Shown one piece after another: positions 1 to 12,122 of a stretch of DNA of 64,000 bases (position 1 is the first letter of the stretch; each line of letters begins with the position of its first letter). Source of the stretch: Polymyxa betae A26-41. Taxonomy: Eukaryota; Protista; Endomyxa: Phytomyxea. The stretch spans positions 236,240-300,239 of the forward strand of contig RBZT01000578.1 in NCBI GenBank assembly GCA_003693705.1. The letters are read 5' to 3'. The position numbers and the translations under genes are program-made. The notes beneath the pieces are model-generated. The model was not told the origin of the DNA, searched no databases, and saw nothing but the letters and a program-made list of their open reading frames with translations.

Positions 1-157
1 CGAGAGCAACAACAAAGTCCTCCAGAGTCGAAGCTCTAGTGTCTGAATCATCTTTGACCAGCAGCCATCCGCTTGAGCTGATAATCGGAAGCAGTAGAGC
101 CCGACGCTTTAACGTGATCGAGAGCAACAACAAAATCCTCCAGAGTCAAAGTTCTAG
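1..157. repeat. 39-bp imperfect direct repeat (1-39 and 119-157, 3 mismatches)
   Basis: cgagagcaacaacaaagtcctccagagtcgaagctctag versus cgagagcaacaacaaaatcctccagagtcaaagttctag; both read TLEDFVVAL on the minus strand. Confidence 0.9.
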
Positions 158-1557
158 GCTGTTCTGACTCAGATTGCAGTTCATGGATGTCAGCTGCCGA
201 CATTTCTTCTCTTTGGCCCCGCAGAATCTCACGAATCGGGATCAATGCTATGAGGCGACTCAGTCATGTTGTGTTCGGTTGCTATCGTCGTATCATGTAC
301 CTGCAAAACGACACCACTCTTTGAGATCGCTGCCAGAATATGCAGGCGTCAGTTCTGCTAATGTCTCAATTTGAACTATTTCTTCTAACTGCTCGTCCGT
401 TAACAGGACGCGAAGGATGGCTTCGCGTTCGCGCTGGTCCGGCATCGGAAACTCGAATGTTCGAGGCATTCTTCTCAGAATAGCCTGCACTTGCTCTTTA
501 CAGATGAATCCGTTTGACATTACCAAATACCCACCTCATCAAGATCGAATGGACGATTTGTAGCGCAGAGGACAAGAACATGCTTCGAAAAAGCAGAATC
601 TGAAAGGAGACCATCCCATAAAGACATAAATTCTGCCTTCAAAGCGTTCGTTTCAGAATGCTCGTTAAAAGCCGAGCGCTGGCCAAGGAAGCACTCGGCT
701 TCGTCAATAAAAATAATAGAAGGGGCTAACTTTTCAGCAAGCGAGAAAACTGCCCGAACCTAAAGATTACATATTGAATGGCTTTTGAGATGCTAAGAAA
801 GCGATCTCTTACAAGTTTCTGGCTCTCCCCGTACCATTTGTTTTTGACAGTCGACCAGCGCAAGTTGATAAAAGTAGCACCAGAATCTCTAGCAATTGCT
901 TTCGCAGTCATCGTCTTTCCTGCAAAATAGGTTTGAGCTGTGGAAATTGAACACAAACTTAAAAGCGAACCTGTCCCAGGTGGGCCATAAAACAGAATGC
1001 CACGAGGCGGGGCAACCAGAGAGCGCCGTTGATAAGTGCCATCAGGTGCCATCCTGGCAAACAGCTCTGGTCGCGAGAGCCTTTGACAGCGTTCAGGTAC
1101 CAGATAATGGTGACAAATAGCATTCACGTACGGTATCAAAATGGTTTCAATCAGCTGCGATTTGATTAGATCAAGGCCACCGATGCTTTTGAAATCAACA
1201 TTGATATCGCAAGGCATTGTGACCTCGCCAATAAGAACTTTCTCGTAAGCATCAAGATCTAGCTCGCTGTGTTTCTTCCCCAGACGAGATACCATAGCTT
1301 TAGCAGCATCTTCTGTCTACGACATTTTCTGAGCTGTGTAGAGGAATGTGAAAATAAAAAGATACTTTTTTGGAGTTCTTCGAAGGGTCGATAGACGAAA
1401 TTGTCTTCTTAGTTATAAAGTACATCAAAGCACAAGCGAAGGCCGTCGTCATCAGATCAAAAACGAAAGTTTTGAAATCCTTTGAATGCACATGTCGGAC
1501 GTAGCGATCAGAGGCATCGTCGCCAGATGTTGCATCTGCTGCCCGGATGCCCCCCAT
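48..1557 (-). CDS. MSP1: MSP1/ATAD1-family membrane AAA+ ATPase (multi-exon)
   Basis: N-terminal TM (LMTTAFACALMYF), FKSIGGLD, Walker A GPPGTGKT split by an intron, KWYGESQKLV, FIDEAE, ATNRPFDLDE, RRMPRTF, YSGSDLKEWC; short GT-AG introns. Confidence 0.92.
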
Positions 1558-2050
1558 CCTCGACGATCAAATTACTCCCTCTGCTGTACAAACTTCAATA
1601 AGACAGATCTAAAAGAACAGTTTCATACGCAGTCCGCCTAAAGCACTACTAAACCCTACATTATTGGTTCAAGTGAACCTCAATATCATAAGTGCTGACG
1701 TCTTAAAAAATCCACCACAAGCAAAATTTATACCAATGCTGATCAAACTGCAAATACGAAGTTAAGCCCATACAAAGTAGCTGTATGGGCAGCACAACGA
1801 AAGGACAAACCAGTAAGCACGTATCAATGGTTAGCTATTGCATCTAGAAATCAGCTTCTGTACGTGTTGCTAGCTGTTCTGGCAAAAGCTATACAGGGTT
1901 AATAGCGCTTGATCCATGTGTATAACTGAGTTAGCTGTAAAACAGCTGGCGATTTATCGTTCAAATTAAACAGTCATGAATTGATCAAAGATAGACCCTT
2001 TCCGAGAGCTCAAATCGACGAACAAACTTGCAATACAAAAATGTATATAT

Positions 2051-3041
2051 TTAATACATATAGGAGATTCCGAATCCGAGAAGAACAATTAATAGAGCAA
2101 TGATAAAACGATCAGCGATGTCAGTCCACGCTCTGGTGGTTCCTAGAATCTGGTCGCCCTGGCTTGAATTGCTCTCGGACGAGCTTTCATTTAAAGCGGA
2201 AGCAGCTAAACGCTCTTCATACACCTTATAATTCTTAGAAAACTTTAGGACGGAAGCAACGAAATTACCGTTTTGTAACTGGGAAACAGCTTCACAAAAA
2301 GCGGGTTCTTTAGGTTAAATTCAAGCGATGCTGCAGCTAATTGCCTTTTTGTAGCCTATAATCGATAAGAGTTGATGGTTTGCGAGGCTGACAACGATTA
2401 CATCGGATGTGACGATGCTACCAAATGTTGGAGCTGTATCGGTCATAAATGAGAGTAGACCTGATAAAATGGACGAAACACTCCATAAGCAGCTCCATTC
2501 TGATTCAAATTGATAACACAGCTGTATAACTTCAAGCAAGAGTACCTTCTGGATGGAAATCACTCATAGATAGACAAAGACGTTGATTCACTTGAAATCT
2601 GCCATTAGGCGTGATCATACAGATGCTAAAATAAATTGAATGAGCAGATGATCTGGGTCTCCACAAAAGCACACACCTTGGAGGCTTATATGGATCTATA
2701 TCACTATTTAGTGCATGATACACGCCGAATGTGACCCAACAGACATTCGGGGGGAAACTTGATTTTGCCATGAAAGACGCCGTTCTCATAAGGCGTATCT
2801 GCAGGACCATTGATGCAGTAATGCCATTCTAGTATATTCGACTCCAAAGGAACAGCCTCCAGATTTGGCACCGGCTCCTAGAAAAAGTTTTACTGATGAA
2901 CGCAAGAACATTGTAAGAGTGTATGACCGCTTGAAATTTCTTGTACTCTTTACGTAAACGCCTCTACAAGCAGCATCAGCCTAATTATAGCTAGGCGGTC
3001 GGTTATGGACTCACCAAACATGCGTCCGATGGCGGCGCCAT
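2051..3041 (-). CDS. UBC6: ER tail-anchored ubiquitin-conjugating enzyme Ubc6/UBE2J (multi-exon)
   Basis: [24 protein letters not shown], catalytic [27 protein letters not shown]-terminal [20 protein letters not shown]. Confidence 0.92.
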
Positions 3042-3275
3042 GGTGAGATTACGATGAACTCCACTAAGAGCTAATGGAAAGCAACCAGTTGCGATCTGGA
3101 TCAGTCAAAGTGAATGAGGCCGACAGAGAGAGATCGTCCGCAAAGTGCCACCGAAAAATACGTGGTGGACCAGAAAAAGCGATAAAATTCTCTTGGGCAC
3201 AATTTTAAACCAGAAATTTTCAAGGAGTCTCTTGATTTGGTTTTATTGATCACAAAAATGTTTTGATCCAATAAT

Positions 3276-5019
3276 TTAATGGCCAAGGTCACATATACTG
3301 AAATGTATCCGACAAAATGTGCACCAATCGAAACTCATACTGACAATTAAGGATTACATAATCCAATTGTCATTTTCAACAAAACTGCTGCGACCATAAT
3401 TGCCAATAATTGGTAACGGTTTGGGCAAATTGCCTATGTTGGCTACAATGTCCCTGGTCATTAGATATGACTCTGTTAGACAGACGCTAATATCCTGAGG
3501 TAATTCTAGGATTAATTCCAGTGGCATTGGACGAAGCGATTGCAGCGCCATCTCCTTTCCTGAAGTGGAAGAGGCAAAACTGCCAAAATTGCCACTAGGT
3601 GGTTTCTTGTAAGACGAGGCGCCGGAACCAGACTTTGTACGTCTTTCGTCAACAACCAGTTCGATTTGCTCAAACTCTGGATCGTCACTTGACACATGCG
3701 ACACAGCATCAAAAGCAACCGATCGGGTTTTAGAATTGCAAATTGGTGATTGAATGGGTTTGTCCTCGTTGCATTCAATAATTGTCTTCAAGTTGCGACC
3801 AGAATTATCTCCTGCCGCTTTGCCTTCGGTGACGGCGGCAGGTAGATATTCGTCGTCATCTTGGCTTGCGAGAGGAATCGAATCGTGCAGTGCAACGCTC
3901 GAAGCGTCGATAGATAGGGAACGCCTGAGATTACGTGATTTTGGATCGGATACTAAATCTGGATCTCGATGAGTAAAGTCAATCGTTTGAGATCGCGAAG
4001 AGCCAAATTCACTGCTTGTCTCGTCGCGGGATCCAGGGCTCTCGCTTGGATAAACCCGATAAATATGCGATTGCGATCGTCTTAGTTCAACAGGAACATT
4101 GTTTGGCCTTCTATCTATCGTCGGGATGTTCCCAAAGTCCTGAGAGCCGAATCCCGGACTCGCATGCGACGCGTTTCTATGCATTGGACTTTTCTGTGGA
4201 CTAAAGGAAACTTGCCGATTATGCTCTAAGGATAAGTTAGATTCACCATGTTGAAAAAAAAACAGGCTTGCCTTTGAGATCCCGATAGAATGAATCCCTA
4301 TTTAAGGACAGGTCTCTAGAAAGTTGCAAAAAAGAGCATTTGAGTGCCAGTTTTTTGTTATCAATCAGCGCTAGAATGCCCTTTTTGGCTCTAAACATTT
4401 ATCAGTAAGAAAAGTGACTTTACAAGCGACCTACTGGAGCTTCGCTTTCAGTGGTATATCAGCTAGCGATTGCTGGTATAAAACAGGGATATCCCCAGAA
4501 TTTGGAACAGCTCCATTGTCTTTAAGAACTACTGGGTTCTTCTTCCAAATTATCTCTACATTTTCGATGTTTTTCAGATTGGCAAATGCTCCCGTCTCAA
4601 TTATACAAGGGCGATTGATACTGACAATGGTGAATGACTTTCTTGCAAATACAAATCTACTTACACAAGTTGCTTCAAATTGTCAAGGCCATAGAAAAAA
4701 TCTTTGTAAAGTGTTCGTTTCTTATTGTCAGATGCTTGGAAAATTCCCATTTTTTTCTCCTTGTATGATACTTCTGGGTGAAGAACTAACGTCTGATAGT
4801 CATTGCAGCCTGAAAACCATTCAAAAGGCTTGTCCTGAAACCATGCACATTCCCTAATGTTGCGACGTCATTCATGGCTTCTAACAAATGTGCTTCATCT
4901 TACATCTCATTATCCCTGCAAAGGCACCAACCGGTTTTGCAAGCGAGGCATTGGTCATCCTGAGCAGAGGCCAAAGAGGCAAAAACGAAACAGAGTGAAA
5001 TAGCAAGAAGGAGCCTCAT
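3276..5019 (-). CDS. Predicted secreted protein: signal peptide, Cys-rich cap, short LRR-like segment, long Ser-rich region
   Basis: MRLLLAISLCFVFASLASA signal peptide; spliced exons give CLACKTGWCLCRDNEMECAWF and FFYGLDNLKQLVINRPCIIETGAFANLKNIENVEI; joined in frame to ORF 3354-4184 through a GC-AG intron (4226-4271). The last exon is tentative. Confidence 0.65.
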
Positions 5020-5090
5020 GCTTTCTTGCGAAACTGAGAATAAAGTGAGCCTTACGCGACCCCACTCATGAAGCTTTCGCCCCGTAGGCA

Positions 5091-5104
5091 TAAGTCATGA
5101 CTTA
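5091..5104. promoter_or_regulatory. Perfect 14-bp palindrome in a divergent promoter
   Basis: TAAGTCATGACTTA lies between ATG 5019 (-) and ATG 5296 (+). Regulatory role inferred from position only. Confidence 0.4.
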
Positions 5105-5295
5105 CTGGCAGCGGTAAGTCGGTAACCCTTAGGGCTTAGCGGCTTAAGCTGTTAAGCAGCATAACTTTCGGAAACTTTTTGTGGAAAAAAAAACACGGAG
5201 AAAAAATCTTGTTGCGTGACTGTTCGGAAAGTTAGTAGTCCTCTCTATCCTGACGCGTTGGTCTGTGGTAATTTGGTCATTGCTAAATCTGCAAT

Positions 5296-6779
5296 ATGGT
5301 AGAAAGCAATGGTCAGACATTGCCTCTTTGTCAAGATGGTGGTCAAGTTTCAGTGACAGCTGAGGAATCTGTAATTGTTGAACTCAAACCACTGTCTAAA
5401 AAGGAACGAAAAATGCAGAAACGCGAAGAATGGAAACAAGAACGAAAACAAGCACAGAAGCAGAAAAAAACAGTTCAATCTTTCAGTTGGTCTGGGTCTG
5501 AAAATGCTATCGTTTTGGAACTCTGTGGAGTCGCTCGAGTTGCTCCTTATCCGGCAGAATTCACATCAAATTGTAAACATCGCTGGATTGGCCGCCGTGT
5601 TATTGAAGTTCTTGCTGATGAATTCAACGCTTATTCTCTGCAATACTTTGAACAGGGCGTCGAGCTCGGCAAGTTACTTATCAACGGCGAGCGCTTCTCA
5701 GCCGATTACTGTTTCAAGTCCCATGATTCTCTCGTTCATCATGCGCATCGTCATGAGCCACCAGTTCGTGTCTTGAATCCTGAGCATATCGTTCACAGAT
5801 GTGAAGACAGGCTGGTCATCAATAAGCCATCTTCAATTCCAGTACATCCCTGTGGCCGTTACCAGTATAACTCTATTGTCCATATCTTAGCAAGGAAATA
5901 CGGTGTTGATTTTGCTCATCCCGTACACCGTCTCGACAGGTCGCTTTTTACTAAACAAATGACCCCTGAATTAACTGTGAACCAGGTTAACTTCGGGTGT
6001 TTTAGTCCTGGCATTAAACCCTGAAACAGCAAGGGTTATCACGAATTCGATCGAATCAAGGGAAATGGCTAAATTCTATCTGGCCAGGGTAAGCTGTCTA
6101 AAACCGTTGACATTTTTTTAACCATCAGTAGGTCTTGGGAGAGTTCCCCAAGTCTAGTGCCACTAATGAATCCTTTTCTGTCGACGTTCCCTCTTCGATC
6201 GCAGAAATAGGGGAAGAGTTTGAGATATCGCAATGGATCGTATCTAATGAGCCTATCGCTTGCCTTTCCAAGAAATTCTCGATTTTTGGTGTATCATCAG
6301 AGAACGGGAAACCATGCAGTACAGCATTTCGACGAGTTAACTATAATGGCCGAACAAGCGTTGTGTTGTGTTATCCTATCACCGGTAGGACTCATCAGAT
6401 TCGGGTCCATCTCCAACATCTCCAATTTCCCATCGCTAACGATCCTTGCTATGGTGGCAAGCTTTTCATTGGAAATACCTCACTAGAAAGCAGTAGCGCT
6501 GATGAAGAGCAAAAACGGTTAATTGAAGATTTCAATAACTATGTAGACAAGACGAAAATGCCATTATGTCCTGAGTGCAATCAATCCAATCAGCACTATG
6601 TCCCAGCAAATCCGGAAACACAAGGTGGGCTTTTCTGCTCTGAAATCTGGCTGCATGCTCTGTCATACTCCTGCGACCAATGGTCCTTTTCAGTTCCGGT
6701 CCCTATCTGGGCCTATCCTGCCTTCGATGACCACAGCTACCTTCAAGACGTCGCATATTCAACGCTTAGCGCCCTGTAA
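5296..6779 (+). CDS. RluA-family pseudouridine synthase (RPUSD2/Pus8-9-like)
   Basis: HRHEPPV, NKPSSIPVHPCGRY, catalytic HRLDRLTSG restored by removing intron 5940-5985, GRTHQIRVHL, PIANDPCY, LHALSY. Confidence 0.93.
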
Positions 6780-7078
6780 TCATAGTCCCTATAAACGAGT
6801 GTGAGTTCGTCATGCATAAGCGATTGATTTGGAGAGTTTCTTTTTGAAAACCGAATCGCTCTGTCTGTCTGTAACACAAAAGGAGCGCAACCCGTACCTA
6901 GGAGTTCTGAGGGCAGCCTGCTCGTCACAGGAAAGCCTCGAGCCTGTTAGATGCGCAGTGCTAGTTATTGTCGTTAGTTGTATCTGCTTCAAAGTCCGCT
7001 CTCTGTCTCTTCGACAACATTCCCCATCCATCAATCAGCATTGCCAGGATCGGATCTCAATAGGCGGCGAAGCGAACC

Positions 7079-7591
<513 letters not shown>

Positions 7592-7687
7592 ATTTAAACA
7601 CATGATCCGAAATGTCCCTGTCAAAACAATAAATGTCATTGCTAAAATCATATTTTGCCTGAGCGGGATTCGAACTCGACAATCCGT

Positions 7688-8909
7688 TCAGACAGCTCGA
7701 AACTTTATTGAAGGCAGTATTATATTAGCTGATCGATTTCCTCTAGTTTTGGTTCCAGTTTGGCCTCTGCTCGGAACCCTGATTTCCGGAAAGCAATTCT
7801 TTTCGATTCGTATTAATGAGGATCTGGATTTAGGCCTATCAGTTCTTGAGCGATTACGCTGGAATTGAGTTCGATATAATTGATTATAAGATTTCACTTG
7901 TAGCATGGACTGCAGTGATATAGATGCTAGCGAACAAGTCGAAGGTCTTGGAAACCGTTCGTTCTCTTTTCTAGGCGCTTGGTGAATTACAACACACTCT
8001 TCAGTGACGAATGACATGGATGATTTACGCCGCTGATTGATATTGATGGGGCATTGTCGGATCATCATAGCAGACGAAAACCCATCATCAGCTTGGGAAG
8101 TGGGATATCTGGTTTGCAGCAACTCGATCAAACGGCGATAGCAACAGTCCAGCAATCTATCAAGGCAGTTGTAGAATATTAGGCGTTCAGGAGTCACAGG
8201 AATTGAACGGTTCTCATAGCTAGTCGTGCCTGGGTTTACATTTTACAAACTGGCCGCCTTCTCACAAGCGCTGCGCTACCTATGTCTTCGATCGGCAAGC
8301 GTTTTCCATGCCCCGAGCTGTAAACTATCAATTCAAAACGAGCGGAAAGCGAAAACCTCGATTACCCTTGGTGAATTGCAAATACTTCTTCGACCTCACC
8401 ATCTGCCGCTAAGATTTCCTCAATTGCTCCTCCTTGATGGCTGAAACAATTCGGTGCTCAAACGTGACATAAACCATCTGCTTACATTGGCATTCTTATA
8501 CCAGAAATTGCTAGAGCGCTAAATACAGGCTCGGCTCGCTTCATTCTCTTGGAACTGATAATCCTGATTGGCTCATCATTTGAATGACCAATCTGAGTTC
8601 CTTTGATTCGTATGAAACAGAAGCTATTCTTCCATTCATCTAGATCCTCAGTTGTAAGTATGTCGCTGTTTGATGATCGACCGGAAACCGCGTTTCGAAA
8701 CGAGTTATCATGAACGTTGTCATATAGATAATCGTCTATTTGGTCCAGCAAAACTTGGATTGCGGATGACTGGTTCGTTATTGTCACTGACGCTTCCTAT
8801 CATCCCCGTTCAATTCATCCGGCAGCGATGAGGGCTTCCAATAGAAATTTACATTGCATTGGATATCTATGGGCAATTCCGAGTCGAGTGTTGATGGGCA
8901 GGACCTCAT
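7688..8909 (-). CDS. FAM149-like protein (DUF3719-type motif), multi-exon; start uncertain
   Basis: IQVLLDQIDDYLYD...DLDEWKNSFCFIRIKGTQI resembles the FAM149/DUF3719 pattern (ID..LYE...EW...FPH.RI.G); low-complexity basic C-terminus. Confidence 0.6.
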
Positions 8910-9457
8910 CTGGTTCTGTAATCAGACTGCATTGGATTAGAGCCTGGCAAAATTTCAGAGTCAACTTTAGGAACTCGATCCATCGAAGTACGCGGTTATA
9001 CTCACACCGATTGCTCCAAGACAGACATACAGATACAGCATACAGAAATTTCCTTTTGAAATCATGATAGTTCTATCAGCGAATACAATCAGCATTAGCC
9101 AAGCAAGAATCTGCCGAAACAACTTCAATCCAAAACGAAGAAAGTTGAAGTCTTGTTTCGACATCGACTATAATAATTTGAATGGGTCAGAACCGATAAA
9201 AGCAATTGATTGGTTTTGAATTCTATCACATAAATCAAGATAAGGTTTTTCTAGACCATCTACTTACTAAAGTCAGAAATGTACCTAGAGAAGCTGTCCA
9301 ACATTGGTAGCAATAAACTAGAGATGTGTTAGCTCATTGCTTTGGGAGTGCGGCCCTCTCTCTATGCCTCCCGGACTTCCTGACTTCGTGATTTCAACAT
9401 CCATTCTCATTGAATCGTCAGTGACCAGATCTTATAACCGGTTCGAATTCGGTCTCG

Positions 9458-9958
9458 ATGTCGGCCGTCACTCCTCGGGGCGTAAGGATCTTTAACATTC
9501 CCTTCTGTGGCACAGGATGACGTATCTCGTTAGGTACGATTGGCGCCAGATGTCCATCGATGCCTCTACATCAGAAATCTACCATTTAATCTGACGGCTG
9601 AGGAGTTATATGATTTGTTTGGGAAGTATGGTGCTATTCGACAGATCAGAAGGTACGAATTTAATTTTTTTGTCCGCGTTTGCTCAGTTTTGGCAACACA
9701 GAGGGTGTGATGCGACGACTCGTGGAACGGCTTTCGTTGTTTATGAAGATATCTATGATGCGAAAAATGCCTGCCAGCATCTGTCTGGATTTAACGTCAA
9801 GGGCAGGTATGGAGTTATGTTCAATTTTAGGTCTTGAGCGATGATTAATTCGATCATGCAGGTATATCATTGTTCTCTACTACAGTGCCGAACGGCACAA
9901 AAATGCAACAGCTAAAAAGCAGTTGGCGAAAGAGGAACAGTCCTCAGATTCTCAGTAA
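9458..9958 (+). CDS. SF3B6: Splicing factor 3B subunit 6 (p14)
   Basis: Spliced: [75 protein letters not shown]; 3 introns. Confidence 0.96.
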
Positions 9959-10282
9959 TTATCATCACCCAGCTATCTCCTAATATATTTTATACAGTCC
10001 GATCATGTTTCATTCTGTCTTTGCAATATTTTAGGACTTCGTTTAATTTTGCGGATGCATATCTATGAGTTTTAATTTGAATTGGGCAAATTGGTATTTG
10101 TTTGCTGACGTCTGGTTCTAACTGGAGAGCGGCTTGTTCATTCATTGACCTGAGTTGACCTTCTGTGTGACTCAACCGCATAGAACAGCAATCTTCATCA
10201 ATGTGTTTGATGATCCATTTCGGATTTCCAAACCTTTTTGAAACATCTCTGAGCTTCTCCCAAAGACTTCGTTTCCTCAAAA

Positions 10283-10891
10283 ATGACGAAACTGTTCATG
10301 ACCACAGTGTTGGTTATCACTTTAAGAGCGGTTTTTCCCCAGACTGAACTCCAATCTACAGCTGATCTTCAAACATACTGCAATTCTCGTACTCTTTCGT
10401 CGTCCTGTTCCAACAATATCTCGTTTCCGTTTTGCCAATGGGATTCCAGCTCTAACAGCTGCAGTTTCCTGTCAAGCTCATGCCCATCGGATCTGAGCGC
10501 TTCCGTCACCGCCGTTGCTTCGTGCGGTGCGACATCTTCGTATTCCTGTCCAACAGCATGTGTTCTTAGTGATGTTCAATTGAAGGCGGTCATATTGTCA
10601 CGTGCTGGAATAACATCGTTCAGTAACTCGACTGAAACTTTGTCTTTAGCGACTTCCAGCCCGCAGGCAACACAGGCTTTTGCCGACTTGCTGTACTGCA
10701 CTTTGAGCCTGCCATCCGACAAACTGTCTTCGTATGAGGCAGTCAACTGCTCAACCGTCATCACCGATGACATGATCAACAAAGCTCTGGCAGCATTGAA
10801 GACGACGAAATCCTCTTCTTCTCCAAAAGATGCATTCATTTATAGCGCTTTGGCAGTGCTTGCAGTACTGTTTGTTGCTACATTAGGCTAA
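10283..10891 (+). CDS. Secreted, Cys/Ser/Thr-rich, probably GPI-anchored surface protein
   Basis: Hydrophobic N-terminus, 10 Cys, KSSSSPK followed by terminal hydrophobic tail FIYSALAVLAVLFVATLG; intronless. Confidence 0.8.
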   Translation: MTKLFMTTVLVITLRAVFPQTELQSTADLQTYCNSRTLSSSCSNNISFPFCQWDSSSNSCSFLSSSCPSDLSASVTAVASCGATSSYSCPTACVLSDVQLKAVILSRAGITSFSNSTETLSLATSSPQATQAFADLLYCTLSLPSDKLSSYEAVNCSTVITDDMINKALAALKTTKSSSSPKDAFIYSALAVLAVLFVATLG

Positions 10892-11005
10892 GACTGATTT
10901 TGTAAATAAATTTTTTGTAAATTTGCTGAACAAAACGAAAATATGAATAGTTTTATGGGCGACGAATAAGGATCGATAAATGTCAGAAGCGACATATCGA
11001 CAGAT

Positions 11006-11948
11006 TTAGAAATAACGTGGACGTCGCTTACGGTACATGAATGCTTGCGTCAGAATAATAACGTCCCAGAATACAAGGGCAACTGAGGCCAATATTGTTG
11101 GGAAGGTCTTCGTCCAGAATGTGCTGGCATCGCAAAGCAAGATGACTTGCAGACCCAGAGTAACATTACCAAGGATCATTAGAAATATCATACCGAGGCT
11201 AAGTTTCACCTCCTTATTCTGATAGTTCTGATAAATCTGAGGGGCTCGGGAGCAGAAGAAAATCACACCGGCAATCCAGGAGAGAGCCGAACCAATTCCC
11301 TTTACGGTAGCAGACAGCTCTGGCGTATAATCACATCGATCGGTCGGATCCAAAACAGCCTCTAACAACGTCCGCGACGAGGCTGACGACGATGGGGTTG
11401 TCGATAGCGACAGGTAAGTGATAGGAGCGATTACTGATAGAGCGACTGCCGAGTATCGAGCCACATTAGATTTGGAGGATCTACTACGTCCATTGCCATA
11501 ATATAAAACCTGGCTGGCAACAATTACGTTACAGAGGACAACGTATAAGCCTAACAACGAGATGGGCAGAGGACTGTTGGTAAGGAAGCCGCCAAGGGAC
11601 AAGCACAGACCGCCTAAGGTCCTAGACGCAAACGTCTATCAATTTGGAAAAAATCTCAGATCACGACCTACGAGAGTCCAACAAAGCCCAGCGAGACGCC
11701 GTCGCCGAATTTTTGCTTGAAGTTCGTGATGATCTGTGGCAATAGCGCGAAGAACCATAGCACCAAGCTGACTGCCCCAAAATAGTATGCAAGTTTTTCA
11801 GTCGGTGTATAAGCACTACAGCAACAGGATCAACAATCCAACCGTCGACAGTCAACCAAGTTTTGCATCACCAGGAGCGAAAGACAGACCCGATCCATTG
11901 CGAATACTGATATCCGGACGGATGTGGCGGACACGTGCAATCGAGCAT
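11006..11948 (-). CDS. PQ-loop repeat transporter (PQLC2/Ypq-like)
   Basis: Two PQ loops (LLPQIITNF, SRAPQIYQNY), several TM helices, ATG at 11948 (MLDCTCPP). Confidence 0.88.
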
Positions 11949-12122
11949 AATTTGTTTGGAGATTCAAAAATAGAATATGAAAATGAGAATCAGCTGTGAG
12001 ACAGCGAAAGGGATCCCGGCTTCAGGTTCCGACGGATGCGACAGTGAGAAAGGGCCGCGGACTTGATTAATCCGCAGCCGATTTCCAAATTGTACAACGT
12101 TACCTCATCACTCTCCTTGATC

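Noticed and set aside
7655-7720. tRNA-like GTTCGAATCC (T-loop/B-box) on the minus strand
   Set aside because: The T-stem does not pair properly, and there is no matching acceptor stem, D arm or anticodon arm.
9990-10280. 96-aa minus-strand ORF filling the SF3B6 / GPI-protein gap
   Set aside because: TTG start, no motif, and no room for a promoter; probably incidental.
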